DNA of 64,000 nt from the human T2T-CHM13v2.0 reference genome, Homo sapiens. Under the pieces are notes generated by a model that made no database searches, was not told where the DNA came from, and was given only the letters and a program-made list of their open reading frames with translations. The position numbers and the translations under genes are program-made. Positions 37,201 to 49,330 of the stretch are shown here, in pieces. The stretch's first letter is position 1. Each line of letters begins with the position of its first letter. The stretch lies in NCBI RefSeq assembly GCF_009914755.1, contig NC_060931.1, one strand, 5' to 3'.

Positions 37201-37410
37201 TTGCTATGAGAGTGGATTTTATGTTTCCATTACAAAAAAAGATAAATTTTTCAGATAACGCATGTGTTAAATACCTTTATTTAGCCATTCTACAATGTGT
37301 ACTGTGTATGTACATGTGTATATGTATATAATCTCAAAACATCATGTTGTACACCATACATATATACAATTTTTACTTGTCAATCAAATAGTTTTTAATT
37401 TTTAAAAATT
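34288..37410 (+). mobile_element. L1MA-type LINE-1, 5'-truncated (ORF2 plus 3'UTR)
   Basis: Continuous ORF2-like sequence (ctgtttgcagatgacatg = FADDM RT motif) with stops and frameshifts; L1MA-type 3' end; approximate TSD aaaat(c/t)taca..cc. Confidence 0.9.
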
Positions 37411-39774
37411 TACACCTTCCTTTTGGAATAAATATCCCAGCTCTCAAAGCTGATAAGTAATGAAGTAAGGATGAAGCTACCTGATTTGGCTGATGTATGG
37501 TCCAGAGAAGGCGATGCATATGGGACAAAATCATGAATTAAAAAGGCAATTTTTCTTTAGATTAAAAAATGTCAACAAATAGCAATGTTTGTTATTCTAA
37601 GGAAAAATTATTTATGATACATGAAAACATAAAGAACATCCAAAGCTGAGAAGTATTCTTTCTTCATTCTTTTTATAGTCTTCATCTTAAGTGACTTCAA
37701 TACATACCATTTATCAGCATGTCTGTTACATCTTATATTGAACTGTTTCCATGGAACATCTCCATGGGTCAGACTGTAGCCTCAAAGATACTACAAGCAA
37801 AAGAGAATCCAGCAGTGTAGTGGGAGAAGGAGGAAAACCTTCCCTGACTGCTTGGAAATTGATGTATTTATGACATGAAGAAGTTAAAAGACTAGGCCAA
37901 GAGGCACAGGATCCAGATAAAACAACTTCCCTCGGGTTCCAGAGACATGAAAATAAAGAATTTATAGTTATCAGGAAGGAGGTAATTTGCTGAAATTCCC
38001 ATCACAGATCCAAAAACGAGGAAGGAGGCAGACATGTGTTAATAGCTCCGAAGTGGCCTGGAAGTCTTATTTTGCCAGTGATTTAACTGAAGATCAAATA
38101 CACTCATGTAAGGAAAGCAGAGAAAGCTTGCATAAGTCTCTGGCCTGGACCTGGAAACCCAGTCTGCTTTATTTCCTTGGGGGAGCAGGTTTCCTAATTC
38201 TTCCACGACATTTGTTGGTTAAATGTTGACCAACAAAAGCAGAATGTTACATTGTGTTTGATGGGAGGGGAAAGTCCTTGTTTTCTATCTAGTCTGGGGA
38301 ATCATACATCAATCCACACAGGAATATGCATCAAGTGTTTCCATCTTAATGAGTGGCATGATTCCAGAAGGGCAACAGGCCAGGAGAGCTCTAAAGCTTC
38401 CCTGAAAAAATGGAGAGGCTGGTTGTGTTTTGTTCTTGCCTTGGATGGATGAAGAAATGGAAGCAGGTGCCCCATTGGGACCATGGATCAAATGCACTTA
38501 GGAACTTAAAGGAAAGTCTAGGGGCTCTGAGTGAACCAGCACCTCCTGCCCTGCTGGGGGTTAGAGGCTTCACTGGCTAGTCCGAAGCCTAGTGGTTTTG
38601 AGTAAGAAAAGAACTTCAAAACATTTTACTGTGATTTAAAAATCCTCCATGGTGAGCATGCCCAGCTTTTGTTCTCTCGATGTACCTCCAATCTCTCAAG
38701 AAGACATAATTTAGTAACGCTGGGGTTGCTGCTACTATAAATGCTTTGATTAACATTAGAGGAAGAGGACGACAGAAAGCAGCTTCTGTCCCAGCCAATT
38801 AAAGAGCTTGTTTAAAGTATGAAAATGATTTATTAGACATGCAAAGAGGGTTGCAAAGAAGAAAGACACACAGTCTCAATTTAAAAAAAAAAAAAAAAAA
38901 CAACCACAAAGCTTTGGTCCAGGTGCCTGCCTTCTGACAACACAGATAAACAGTTTAGTTGATAATCCCCCACATCTTCTTCTTCAGCACAGCAATTTGT
39001 TCCAGTTATCATACTTTCTAAATAGAATAAAAGAAAATGATGCTCCTTTATAATATATATAGGGTTTAGATAAAAATAAATAGCACAGTCCACATGCTTT
39101 AAACCAAAGATTGAGTCTGTGTGAACAGAAATACCAGATAGCTGTTTGATACAGCATTTCCCAAATAGATATATCTGAGAGCTCTGCTAAAAAAAAAAAA
39201 AAATTAAATTTTTTTAAAAAGGAAAGCTAGAAAAAATAATAATAAATAGAGCCTTGTGATCATATATGTGCATCAACACCGGCTATATACTCCTTTCGGA
39301 AAATCACAATGTACGTGACTCTTGCAGTAAAGAAATGTGTTTAACATTTTTACATTTTTAATACAGCATTTCTCATACATATTTGACTGTAGAAACCTTC
39401 TCTGATATGACGACTATTGTCATTCCCTAGAATTAGTATTCTGTTCAACATACTTGGAAAATACTTAACTAGCCAATCTATTTACAATGGGAAGAGCTAT
39501 AAAGTCCCTCAGTCATTAACAGCTAATACACTTGAAAGATTGTTAGCAGAAAAAGGAAAACATGACGTCAGGAAGCTGGGGCCATGGATTTTGTCCCTTA
39601 CACATACCTTCGTTTTACAGACATCACAATGACAAATTCACCCTGACCCAACTGAGGTCACATCAGCAACTGAATGTAGGTGGATTGTCTGAAACCCATT
39701 ACCGTTGTCCACCCACCATCATAGAAAATTATTTTAAATGTATGTATTATAGTAAGAGTACTCTTGATAGTATT

Positions 39775-40058
39775 ATTTTTTCTTTCTTTCTTTTGAGAGA
39801 GAGTCTCACTCTGTCACCCAGGCTGGGGTGCAGTGGTACAATCACAGCTCACTGCAGCCTCAACCTCGCAGGCTCAACCTCCCAAGATGCTGTAACTACA
39901 GGCCAGTGCCACCGTACCTGGCTGATTTTTTGTATTTTTTGTAGAGACAGGATTTCGCAATGTTGCCCAGGCTGGTCTCAAACTCCTGAGCTCAAGCGAT
40001 CTGCCTGCCTTGGCCTCCCAAAGTGCTGGGATTGCAGGTGTAAGCCACCACACCCAGT
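39775..40058 (-). mobile_element. Alu SINE (AluJ-like)
   Basis: AluJ motifs (ctcactgcagcctcaacctc, ctcctgagctcaagcgatc) with a small internal deletion. Confidence 0.9.
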
Positions 40059-40084
40059 GGCTAATATTACTTAAACCATATAAA

Positions 40085-40340
40085 ACTAGGCAGTGGAGAA
40101 AGGGAGTAAGAGTACAGGCTCCAGATTCAGACGGACTTTCTCTGAAGTCCCTCCTACTGCCCATGGGGACTTGAACAAGTTACTTAATTTCTCTGTAAGC
40201 CTCAATGGCTTCATCTGCAAAGGAGAATAATGACAGCATCTATTTTTTAATGTTTTGTGAAACATATGGAATAATGCATAGTAAGTGCATAGCACAGTAA
40301 ATGACACATATTAAACATAGACAAATATTAGCTGTAATAT
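40085..40340. mobile_element. MIR SINE
   Basis: gacttgaacaagttacttaatttctctgtaagcctc...catctgcaaa. Confidence 0.7.
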
Positions 40341-40399
40341 TTTATCATCATTTTCTTTACAAATAATAGTGTTTTTGGTAACTAAGACTAAGAAGAAAA

Positions 40400-41080
40400 G
40401 AAGGAAGACAGAAGTTGAATGTCCTTGCAGATGGGGGGCAAATCTGCTGGCAAGATTTGTGATGTGTGTTGCTAATTATCTGTGATTAACTGGTTAATAG
40501 ATTAGTTAAATCATCCTGTTGGCTCTGCGGAGGATGATCTGGAAGGGGTGGTACTAGAGTCAGGGAGACAAAAGCAGTGGGAAAAGATAACAGAGGATGA
40601 CTGGAGAGACTTTGGAGCTGGAATTGACAGAATTTGGCACCTGATTTTGCATGGGCATGAGATTTCTGGCTTAGAAGAGACCCTGAAGTTTCATAATATG
40701 GACGGTGATATTACTAAGATGAAGACCACAAGAGAAGCCACTCTTGGCTGAGCGCAATGAGTTTGGTTTTAGACTTGCTCTTGCAAGCTTCTGGTAGGAA
40801 ATCTTAATAGTTAAGCACGTTCTGATAGAATTTTGGCACTTGGCTCTAGGAAGGACCCTGATTAGACATAGATGGAGCTATCAATGGGAAGATAGTTGAG
40901 ATCACATAGATAAATGATACACAGAGAGAAGAGCACAGTGGCATAGTGGAGCTCAGAGGAATGTAAATATTTAAGAGATAATAAGAGGCAGTGGAACCAA
41001 TGAAATGATGAACCGAGAGTAAAGTAGAAAGATGATGAGAGAGAATAACGTCCTGAAAGTTAAATGAGCTTGAGTCAACA
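40400..41080. mobile_element. L2 LINE relic
   Basis: Degenerate purine-rich L2-like phrases (atgagtttggttttagac, gacagaatttgg). Confidence 0.45.
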
Positions 41081-41574
41081 AGCACAGAAATCAGGGCTAC
41101 AGGCTACATGCCAAGCCTCTGAACTTCCTCCGTCCTGGACCATGGACCAAGCTCAGTCCTGTTTTCCCCAGAGACCCACAGAAACGCCAGTTTGCCTCCT
41201 AGTGTAACCCTGCAAAGAAAGCAATGTCGTTCTGCATCAATGCTGATGAGCCTGCGCTGTTCAGTATCTGTGGGGCTTGCCAAGCTACTCCTGCTCATGG
41301 AAACCTCAGTCAGGAGCGAGGATTCCTTGGCAGATCGTCCCTGTGTTCTCTGCATGAGGTCTCTGATCTGGCTGCACCAATAACAAGAACTAATGTCATG
41401 TTTACCCTTCACAAAGTTCAAAATAACGGTACTTCGAAATTAGCCAGGCTTCTAATAAGCAGTCTGAGAAGTACACAGACTCCAAAACAGTGTTTGCAGA
41501 GCTTCTGTAGAAAAGATCATCTGCATCAGAGGCAGCTGAGATCCTAATGAAAAAGAACTGCAAGACTGAGTGAT

Positions 41575-41665
41575 TGGAAATAGCTAGGGTTATGGCTCAG
41601 CAAGCTGCCTTTTCAGCAAGCCTTGCAGATGATTCTGATGCTCACCAAAGTTTGTGAGCCACTGA
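41575..41665. mobile_element. MER5A-like hAT MITE fragment
   Basis: caagccttgcagatgattctgatgc...agtttgtgagccactg. Confidence 0.55.
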
Positions 41666-42279
41666 TGACTACAGAAATAGAATATCAGGCTGAAACACAC
41701 AAAAAGAGCACCATCGGGGAAAAATAATATGAAGAAAATACTACATTTTTAGTCCTGGTCCCTAATCCATCAAAGAGTTGTTATGCTTTGTGGAAACTAA
41801 TCAGGTCTAGTCTCCCACCTTTCAAATTATTTCTGTTAAAATGTTCTCCCCTCCTGCCCAGAATTTTCTAATACACAGTGGAATGCTTTATTGCTCTCTT
41901 TAAGCATGTCAACTAGAGCAGGAGAAAAGTTTCCCATGTATTTTCTTCAAAGAAAAAGATGTTTAAAGTTTAATATTAAAAGAAAGAGTCATGAAGTAGT
42001 TTAACATTTTTTTCACAGGGCGCAGAGAGTTGCTTCTGCATGGTTATTTTTACTAAGTACTTTCCAATTTATACTTTATTTTTCTCAAGTATAAAAATGG
42101 ATCTTCCTACTTAAAAACACCAATGTCCAACTTCATGGTCAAATGTAAACTTTGGAAATTATTACTTGATTTCTGTTAGTGGAGGAATTAGAAGAGTTTT
42201 TGTTCCACTATGTTATTCCAACCTCATCTCCTCGTTTGTCAAGATTCTCAAGCTGAACGTTTTTCTGCGTGCATGCATG

Positions 42280-42281
<2 letters not shown>

Positions 42282-42313
<32 letters not shown>
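42282..42313. repeat. (TG)n microsatellite
   Basis: Directly visible. Confidence 0.95.
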
Positions 42314-42314
<1 letters not shown>

Positions 42315-43487
42315 TCACAGTGAAACATAGATTAAGGCTGAGAAGTAACAACCAGCTAATTATTATAAGTATAGATATAGGCCATGGATATTAAAGTACC
42401 CCCATTTTGTGTTGATACATGAAATCATAGAAATTTCATGTATCATAGAGATTAATCACATAGAGATTAATTTAGACCATAAAAACATTTCAATTTTCAG
42501 GAATCCCTTATTAAAATAATTTTTGAAAAAACAGGGGTGAATATTCATGAAGCCACCACGTCATAAAGGTTTGGTTGATGAATAGTGAGAGTAGGGGTGA
42601 ATAGAGGTAAAGCAGGAGACACATTGGCAAGGTCAGGGCTGCAAGAGACAGGAGAGCATCGAAACCAAACCCCACCTTCCCACACTCCTAAAGACTGTCC
42701 AGTGAGTAATTTTCCCATTTATACAAGAGCCTGGTCTATGAAGGCAAATAAAATGGAAGGATTTACCCTCACTGGGCATTGAAGCACAAACCTTGCCCAA
42801 GGCCCTGTCCCGAGCAAAAGAGCTTCCCTACTGGGAAAGATCAAGATCTTAATATCCCTTAATATAACTCAAATAATCATTAGCCAACCTGAGAGAAGAG
42901 GACAGGCTCTGAGTCTGAGGAGAAGGGTTGGAAGGGTCTGGTTAGTGCCTGACCTTCCTATAATATAAAGCTACTTGGAGATATTAGAGCTAGTGAATGC
43001 CTTCTCCCAGCCAAATCCATGCTCCAGGAATGGGCACAGAGTTGCAAACTAAAGATCAATTGTTCATCGTGGTACATGTCTTTGTGAGGTATTATGGGAC
43101 AAACTTCAGTTCATATGGGAAAACCGAACCCTTCCCACGTGGTCCGTGAAAACCCAGTTGCACATTTTCAGACAACTTCTTTATGAGTACAGGGCATTAG
43201 GAAGTTGAACCAGCCCGGCCAATTTAGAACAACTGGTCTCTTTAACATGAGCATTCCCCGTCAGTGCTACCAAACTCCTTTCCATGTGTCCCATGCAACC
43301 AGAAAATGTGTTGTTTAAATTCAGCTCGTGTCATTTGTAAAAAAAAAAAAAAAAAAAAAACCATAAAAAATAAAAATAAAAATAAAAAAATTAAATAGTT
43401 TGACAAGATAAATCAGGGACTTTGGAATAAAGAGTTAGTAATATGTTGAGTAGTTTGTCACATGATATCATTTTTAAGCTACTCTTT

Positions 43488-43617
43488 TTTGGGGGGGCGG
43501 GGCACGGAGTCTTGCTCTGTCGCCCAGGCTGGAGTGCAGTGGCGCGATCTTGGCTCACTGCAAGCTCTGCCTCCCGGGTTCACACCAATCTCCTGCCTCA
43601 GCCTCCTGAGTAGCTGG
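43488..43617 (-). mobile_element. 5'-truncated AluY-like right arm with 12-bp TSD
   Basis: TSD aagctactcttt at 43476-43487 and 43618-43629. Confidence 0.9.
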
Positions 43618-43784
43618 AAGCTACTCTTTCTAAATAACTTCAACAAATATTACTGATGTGATAACAAGGCTTGATTTCATCAAGCAGTAACTCTGTCTCC
43701 ATGTGGATAGCGGTCTTTTGAAGCCCTCCTCGGCTGTTAGAGTGCATAACCCACAGCTCTCAAACTGGTGGAGACAAGGTGGTA

Positions 43785-44160
43785 TGTTTGACTAATTCAG
43801 TGACGTTCGGTAAGCACCTACTATGTGCCCAGCAAGGTGTCAAAAACAGAGCAAAGAACAAAATAGGCAAAGTGATTGTATATATCACTTTTTATCCTAG
43901 GTCAGGATAAGCAAGCAGTACATAAATTTTTAAAACAGGTATTTTAGGTAGTGATACATGCTATAAAAATTACATGGATAGAGAATGACCAAAGATGACT
44001 AGATTGAATTTACCACTTCTTTGAGTAGGTGGCAGTGGTTCAAGTTGGTGACTGAGTTCTAAACGATGGGAAAAAGACAGCCCTGCAGTGGTATGTGGGA
44101 AGTGTTCTGGGCAGAAAACATGTTCTGAAGCTGGAACAAGCTTGGTACTTTAAAGAAAAG
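43785..44160. mobile_element. L2 LINE 3' relic
   Basis: taagcacctactatgtgcccagc...gtgttctgggcaga. Confidence 0.55.
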
Positions 44161-44161
44161 A

Positions 44162-44488
<327 letters not shown>

Positions 44489-44556
44489 CTAATAAGCAAG
44501 TGAGAGAATAGAATTGGATGATTTCAGAGGCAGAGACAAAATATAAGGAGGTCCTA

Positions 44557-44676
44557 GCTGGGCACAGTGGTGTGCATCATAGTTCCAGCAACTCAGGAGG
44601 CTGAGCAAGGAGGATCACTTGAGCCCAGGAGTTTGAGTCCAGCCTAGGTAAGATAGACCCCATCTCTTTAAAAAAA
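44557..44676 (+). mobile_element. Alu monomer (FLAM-like)
   Basis: gctgggcacagtggtg...gagcccaggagtttgagtccagcc. Confidence 0.8.
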
Positions 44677-45149
44677 TTTTTTAAATTTTCATTAAAATAA
44701 ATATAAGGTCTTTACGTGCTATGTATTCCATGAAGTCCAGAGCTATGAATGCCATAGAGTAGGTTCTCAGTAAACATATGAGACAAAATATGGCTGAGGG
44801 TGACCTTAGATCAGGCTTTCTGAATCTTACAGAAAAATCTTCTTTTGAATCTCTTTTAGCTGAACTTTGAAGAGAAGGATAAAGTAGCATCTGTTTCAGG
44901 TGCCAGGGAAGCCCAGAATAAAAGGCTCAGGATGACACAGCCGCATCAACATCCAGTGTTTATTGGCCATCTGTCCCCTAGGAATGTCTTAAGAGCTCAT
45001 GCTCTATTTACGAGAACAGCCGGGGACAGTGAGAGGAAGGAAGAAATTGCTTTATAAAAAAGAGTAGCTGCATTCTTTTGTGTGTGGAAAGAGCACTATT
45101 GTGGAAGCGACGAAACCCAGGTGTGTAAAAATAGAACCGAGTGTTCACA

Positions 45150-45300
45150 TTAAACTTTCCGTGCCTCAGTTTCCCCACATGAAAAGTGGACATAATAACA
45201 GCACTTGAGTGAGAATTAATTGAGATAAAACCTGTGTTGAAATACTGCTTAGAACATGGGAAGGGTCTGAGCTACTATTTATTAATAATGCCATTATCAT
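45150..45300. mobile_element. MIR SINE fragment
   Basis: gtgcctcagtttccccacatgaaaagtgg. Confidence 0.6.
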
Positions 45301-45417
45301 AGATTTTAGCTACATTTATTAATAACTCCATGAATTTAGAATGTTAATGGAATAAGGATTGGAGAAGAAAAATTTGCTATGGCCAGTGAGAATTCCTTGC
45401 AAGAAAAAAGCATTGCA

Positions 45418-45419
<2 letters not shown>

Positions 45420-45464
<45 letters not shown>
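45420..45464. repeat. (TG)n microsatellite
   Basis: Directly visible. Confidence 0.95.
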
Positions 45465-45465
<1 letters not shown>

Positions 45466-45858
45466 GGATATGGGCAGTTGTAGTGTGGAACACCTCAGCA
45501 GCACCCAGGCCTCACTTGTGGATGGTACAACCTCAGGAAACTTACTCTTCCTCAGTATAAATGAGAAGGTCCCCTTTTCCCCCAATGGCTGCAGTGTTGG
45601 TCTAGGATGAGGTCTTCTCTACCCTCATCTGCGTAGTTCCAGGATGGACTTTCTCCTCAAAATCACAGTCCAATAAACAAAAGTAATGAAAAGGGTCTAA
45701 CTTCCGTTTGTATCTCATGAGGAGCATCAAAAACCAGTTAGTTCCTAGCATAGCACACAGCACTCTTGAATTCTTTCAGCCATTCCCAGGGCCCTCGCTT
45801 CTCTACCCTGCCCCTCCCATCCCTGTCAGGTCCTGAGCTCCTCCTTGCTCCTCCCTCC

Positions 45859-46174
45859 TTTTTTTTTTTTGGTTTTTTTTTTTTTTTTTTTTTTGAGACG
45901 GAGTCTCACTCTGTCACCCAGACTTGAGTGCAATGTCACAGTCTTGGGTCACTGCAACCTCTGCCTCCTGGGTTTAAGCAATTCTCTGCCTCAGCCTTCT
46001 GAATAGCTGGGATTACAGACATATGCCACCATGCCTGGCTAATTTTTGTATTTTTAGTAGAGACGGGGTTTCACCATCTTGGCCAGGCTGGTCTTGAACT
46101 CCTTCCCTCATGATCCACTCGCCTCAGCCTCCCAAAGTGCTGGGATTACAGGTGTGAGACACCGCGCCCGGCCA
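45859..46174 (-). mobile_element. Alu SINE (AluS)
   Basis: Full dimer; TSD gctcctccctc. Confidence 0.95.
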
Positions 46175-46513
46175 CGCTCCTCCCTCTTTTGAAGACTTGT
46201 TGGACTCTTGTCTTTCCTTCTCCTTCCTCTTTCCTTTTCCTTTTGTTCTGTCTAAACTCCTACAGAACAAATAAATCAATGAACGAAACACCTAGGTCCT
46301 TCCCAGTGTGAATCCTTTCCATTACCATCCACAAAGGTGACCACCATTAAAGCTGTGTGTGAAGGCTTCTAGACATTAGTCCTTTATTCTGAGTTTAAGC
46401 AAATACACACACATACAGATGCATGTATGCATATGCGTGTATGTGCATATTATATATGTGGGGTATATACACATATCTTTGTATCAGGCACATAAACAAT
46501 GCACACATACTTA

Positions 46514-46558
46514 ATAGGTTTGTGCAAAAAAACTGCAATTACTTTTGCACCAACCTAA
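46514..46558. mobile_element. MADE1 (Hsmar1 MITE), internally deleted
   Basis: taggtttgtgcaaaa...actgcaattacttttgcaccaacctaa, Hsmar1-type terminal inverted repeats. Confidence 0.8.
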
Positions 46559-46785
46559 TATTACTATAATAAAATGGAGCTGTGATATACATTTTATTCT
46601 GAAAATAGCTTGTCCCTTAACAACATACAATGGACAATTTACATAGATCGATTTTATGGTTTATGCCACATTATGTCACATTTTTTGTCCAAATGAATGC
46701 ATGTTTCTTCAAATACATACAGTAATAAATGTATACATTGTGGTTACTTCCATTTTTTGCTATTTGAAACTCTTTATAAACATTT

Positions 46786-47316
46786 ATATACCCAAAGGAT
46801 TATAAATCATGCTGCTATAAAGACACATGCACACGTATGTTTATAGCGGCACTATTCACAACAGCAAAGACTTGGAACCAACCTAAATGTCCAACAATGA
46901 TAGACTGGATTAAGAAAATGTGGCACATATACACCATGGAATACTATGCAGTCATAAAAAATGAAGAGTTCATGTCCTTTGTAGGGACATGGATGAAACT
47001 GGAAACCATCATTCTCAGCAAACTATTGCAAGGACTAAAAACCAAACACCACCGCATGTTCTCACTCATAGGTGGGAATTGAACAATGAGAACACATGGA
47101 CACAGGAAAGGGAACATCACACACCGGGGACTGTTGTGGGGTGGGGGGAGGGGGGAGGGATAGCATTAGGAGTAATACCTAATGCTAAATGACGAGTTCA
47201 TGGGTGCAGCACACCAGCATGGCACATGTATACATATGTAACTAACCTGAACATTGTACACATGTACTCTAAAACTTGAAGTATTATAATAATAAAATTA
47301 AAAAACAAACAAACAA
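46786..47316 (+). mobile_element. Young L1PA (about PA3-4) 3' end, 5'-truncated
   Basis: ORF2 C-terminus MFIAALFTTAKTWNQPKCP; G-rich 3'UTR; A-rich tail. Confidence 0.92.
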
Positions 47317-47352
47317 ATCACTCACACCATGGAAGCACAAAACTAAAAAGTT

Positions 47353-47353
<1 letters not shown>

Positions 47354-47393
<40 letters not shown>
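47354..47393. repeat. (TG)n microsatellite
   Basis: Directly visible. Confidence 0.95.
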
Positions 47394-47394
<1 letters not shown>

Positions 47395-47971
47395 TGTTCT
47401 ACTTGAGGTAGAAGGTAAAAGATTAAGGAGAAAACCAAGTGGATTGAAATCTGCAATAAAGCGACCATTCTCCAGTACTAAATGCACTTGAAATTTATTC
47501 CCCTGCATCTGTAGGTAAATGTCCTTCTGTTCTTGAAACAATAAATCCCCATAAACTTCCCATAAAGTTCTGCAGAAGTGAAATGTGAGATTGGTTCCCT
47601 TGGAATCCATTCAGTGCTTTGTTTGTGCATCTTCCAATCTTAATTTTAGAGCCCTTGTTCTTCGTCCAGAGCCCCTAGACTGGGAAAAGGTCAGAATGCA
47701 ACATGTTTCAAAGCTGCTGTGCTCTGGGTGGCTGTCAGACTGTTGGAGAGAATTGCTTTCAAAACCCAGAGTATGCCACCATCTACTCAGTTTCAGATTA
47801 GCGTAACCCACAGCACCATGCTATGGCAGGGGAAGCTATAATCTTTGCTTTTTGTTATCATTTAAATTCACTTTTAAAAATATTAAGATTCTCAAACAGC
47901 CAGATTCTGAACATGCAGTCTTCCCCATTGCTATCAATTATGTCTAAGGCAAAAAAAGAGGACCAAAACTT

Positions 47972-48514
47972 CTATTTTTTCTAACTTTTATTTTAGGTTC
48001 AGGGGTACAGGTGCAGGTTTGTTATATAGTTAAACTCGTGTGACGGGGGGTTGTTGTACAGATTATTTTGTCACCCAGGTACTAAGCCTAATACCCAATA
48101 GTTATTTTTTCTGCTCCTCTCCCTTCTTCCAGCCTCCACCCTCAAGTAGGCCCCTGGGTCTGTTGTTTCCTTCTTTGTGTCCCTGTGTTCTCATCATTTA
48201 ACTCCCACTTATAAGTGAGAACATGTGGTATTTGATTTTCTGTGTCAGTTTGCTGGGGATGATGGCCTTCAGCCCCATGCATGTTCCCTCAAAAGACATG
48301 ATCTCATTCTTTTTTATGGCTGCATAGTATTCCATGGTGTATATGTACCACATTTTCTTTATCCAGTCTGCTACTGATGGACATTTAGGTTGATTCCATG
48401 TCATTGCTGTTGTGAATAGTCCTGTGATGCACATTTGTGTGCAGGTGTCTTTATAATACAAAGATTTCTACGCCTTTGGATATATACCCAGTAATGGGAT
48501 TGCTGGGTTGAATG
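47972..48514 (-). mobile_element. Older L1PA 3' end, 5'-truncated
   Basis: Minus-strand TWNQPKCPS..WIKKMWYIYTMEYYAAIK; approximate TSD caaaac(t/c)tc(t/a)atttt. Confidence 0.9.
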
Positions 48515-48798
48515 CAAAACCTCAATTTTACAACTTGAAATATTGAAGCGGGAAATGTAAGTGAAATCCCAAATTGGCATGCCATACTAAATGTTATTGT
48601 AATAACTTATTTAATATTTGATTATCCAAGCACGTACTTTTGTACCACATTCTGCTCAATAAATGTAGAAGGAAGTGCCGCCATTTTGGATTGCAGCAGT
48701 ACCTCTTCGTGCAGTGAAAATCTTTTATGTTGTGGCCCAGCCAGACCCTCAGTGCAGTTTGCATATAGCTTTGGGGCCTGTAGTGCTGTGGTAACCAT

Positions 48799-49330
48799 TG
48801 TTGAACCCCAAATATCCAAGACAGGTCTCAGTCAATTTAGGAAGTTTATTTTGCCAAAGTTAAGGTTGCGGGCCCATGACACAGCCTCAGGAGGTCCTGA
48901 TGACATGTGCCCAAGGTGGTCAGGGCATAGCTTGGTTTTATACATTTTAGGGAGACATGAGACATCAATCAACATATGTAAGATATACATTGGTTCTGTC
49001 CAGAAAGGCAGGACAACTCGAAATGGGGAGGGGGCTTCCAGGTCATAGGTAGGTAAGAGACAAATGCTTGCATTCTTTTGAGTTTCTGATTAGCCTTTCC
49101 AAAGGAGGCAAACAGGTATGCGTTTATCTCAGTGAGCAGAGGAGTGATTTTGAGTTGTGTCTGTCCTTTGTCCACAAGGATATTCCTTGTGAGGGAGGTA
49201 TGTAGCTTTTTTTTTTTTTTTATCTTAGTAGCTATCGTTTTTAGGAATACAGTGGAGGCAGGTTTGCCCTAAGCAGTACCCAGCTTGACTTTTCCCTTTG
49301 GCTTAGTAATTTTGGGGGTCTCCTTTCACA
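48799..49330 (-). mobile_element. MER4A-like ERV1 solo LTR
   Basis: tgttgaacc...gacatgtgcccaaggtggtc...cctttcaca with TG...CA ends; near-TSD ccat/tcat. Confidence 0.85.

Noticed and set aside
38575-38600. ggctagtccgaagcctagtgg resembles the 5' end of Y RNAs and forms a small hairpin
   Set aside because: Only ~20 nt with mismatches; no Y RNA body, 3' stem, A-tail or TSD
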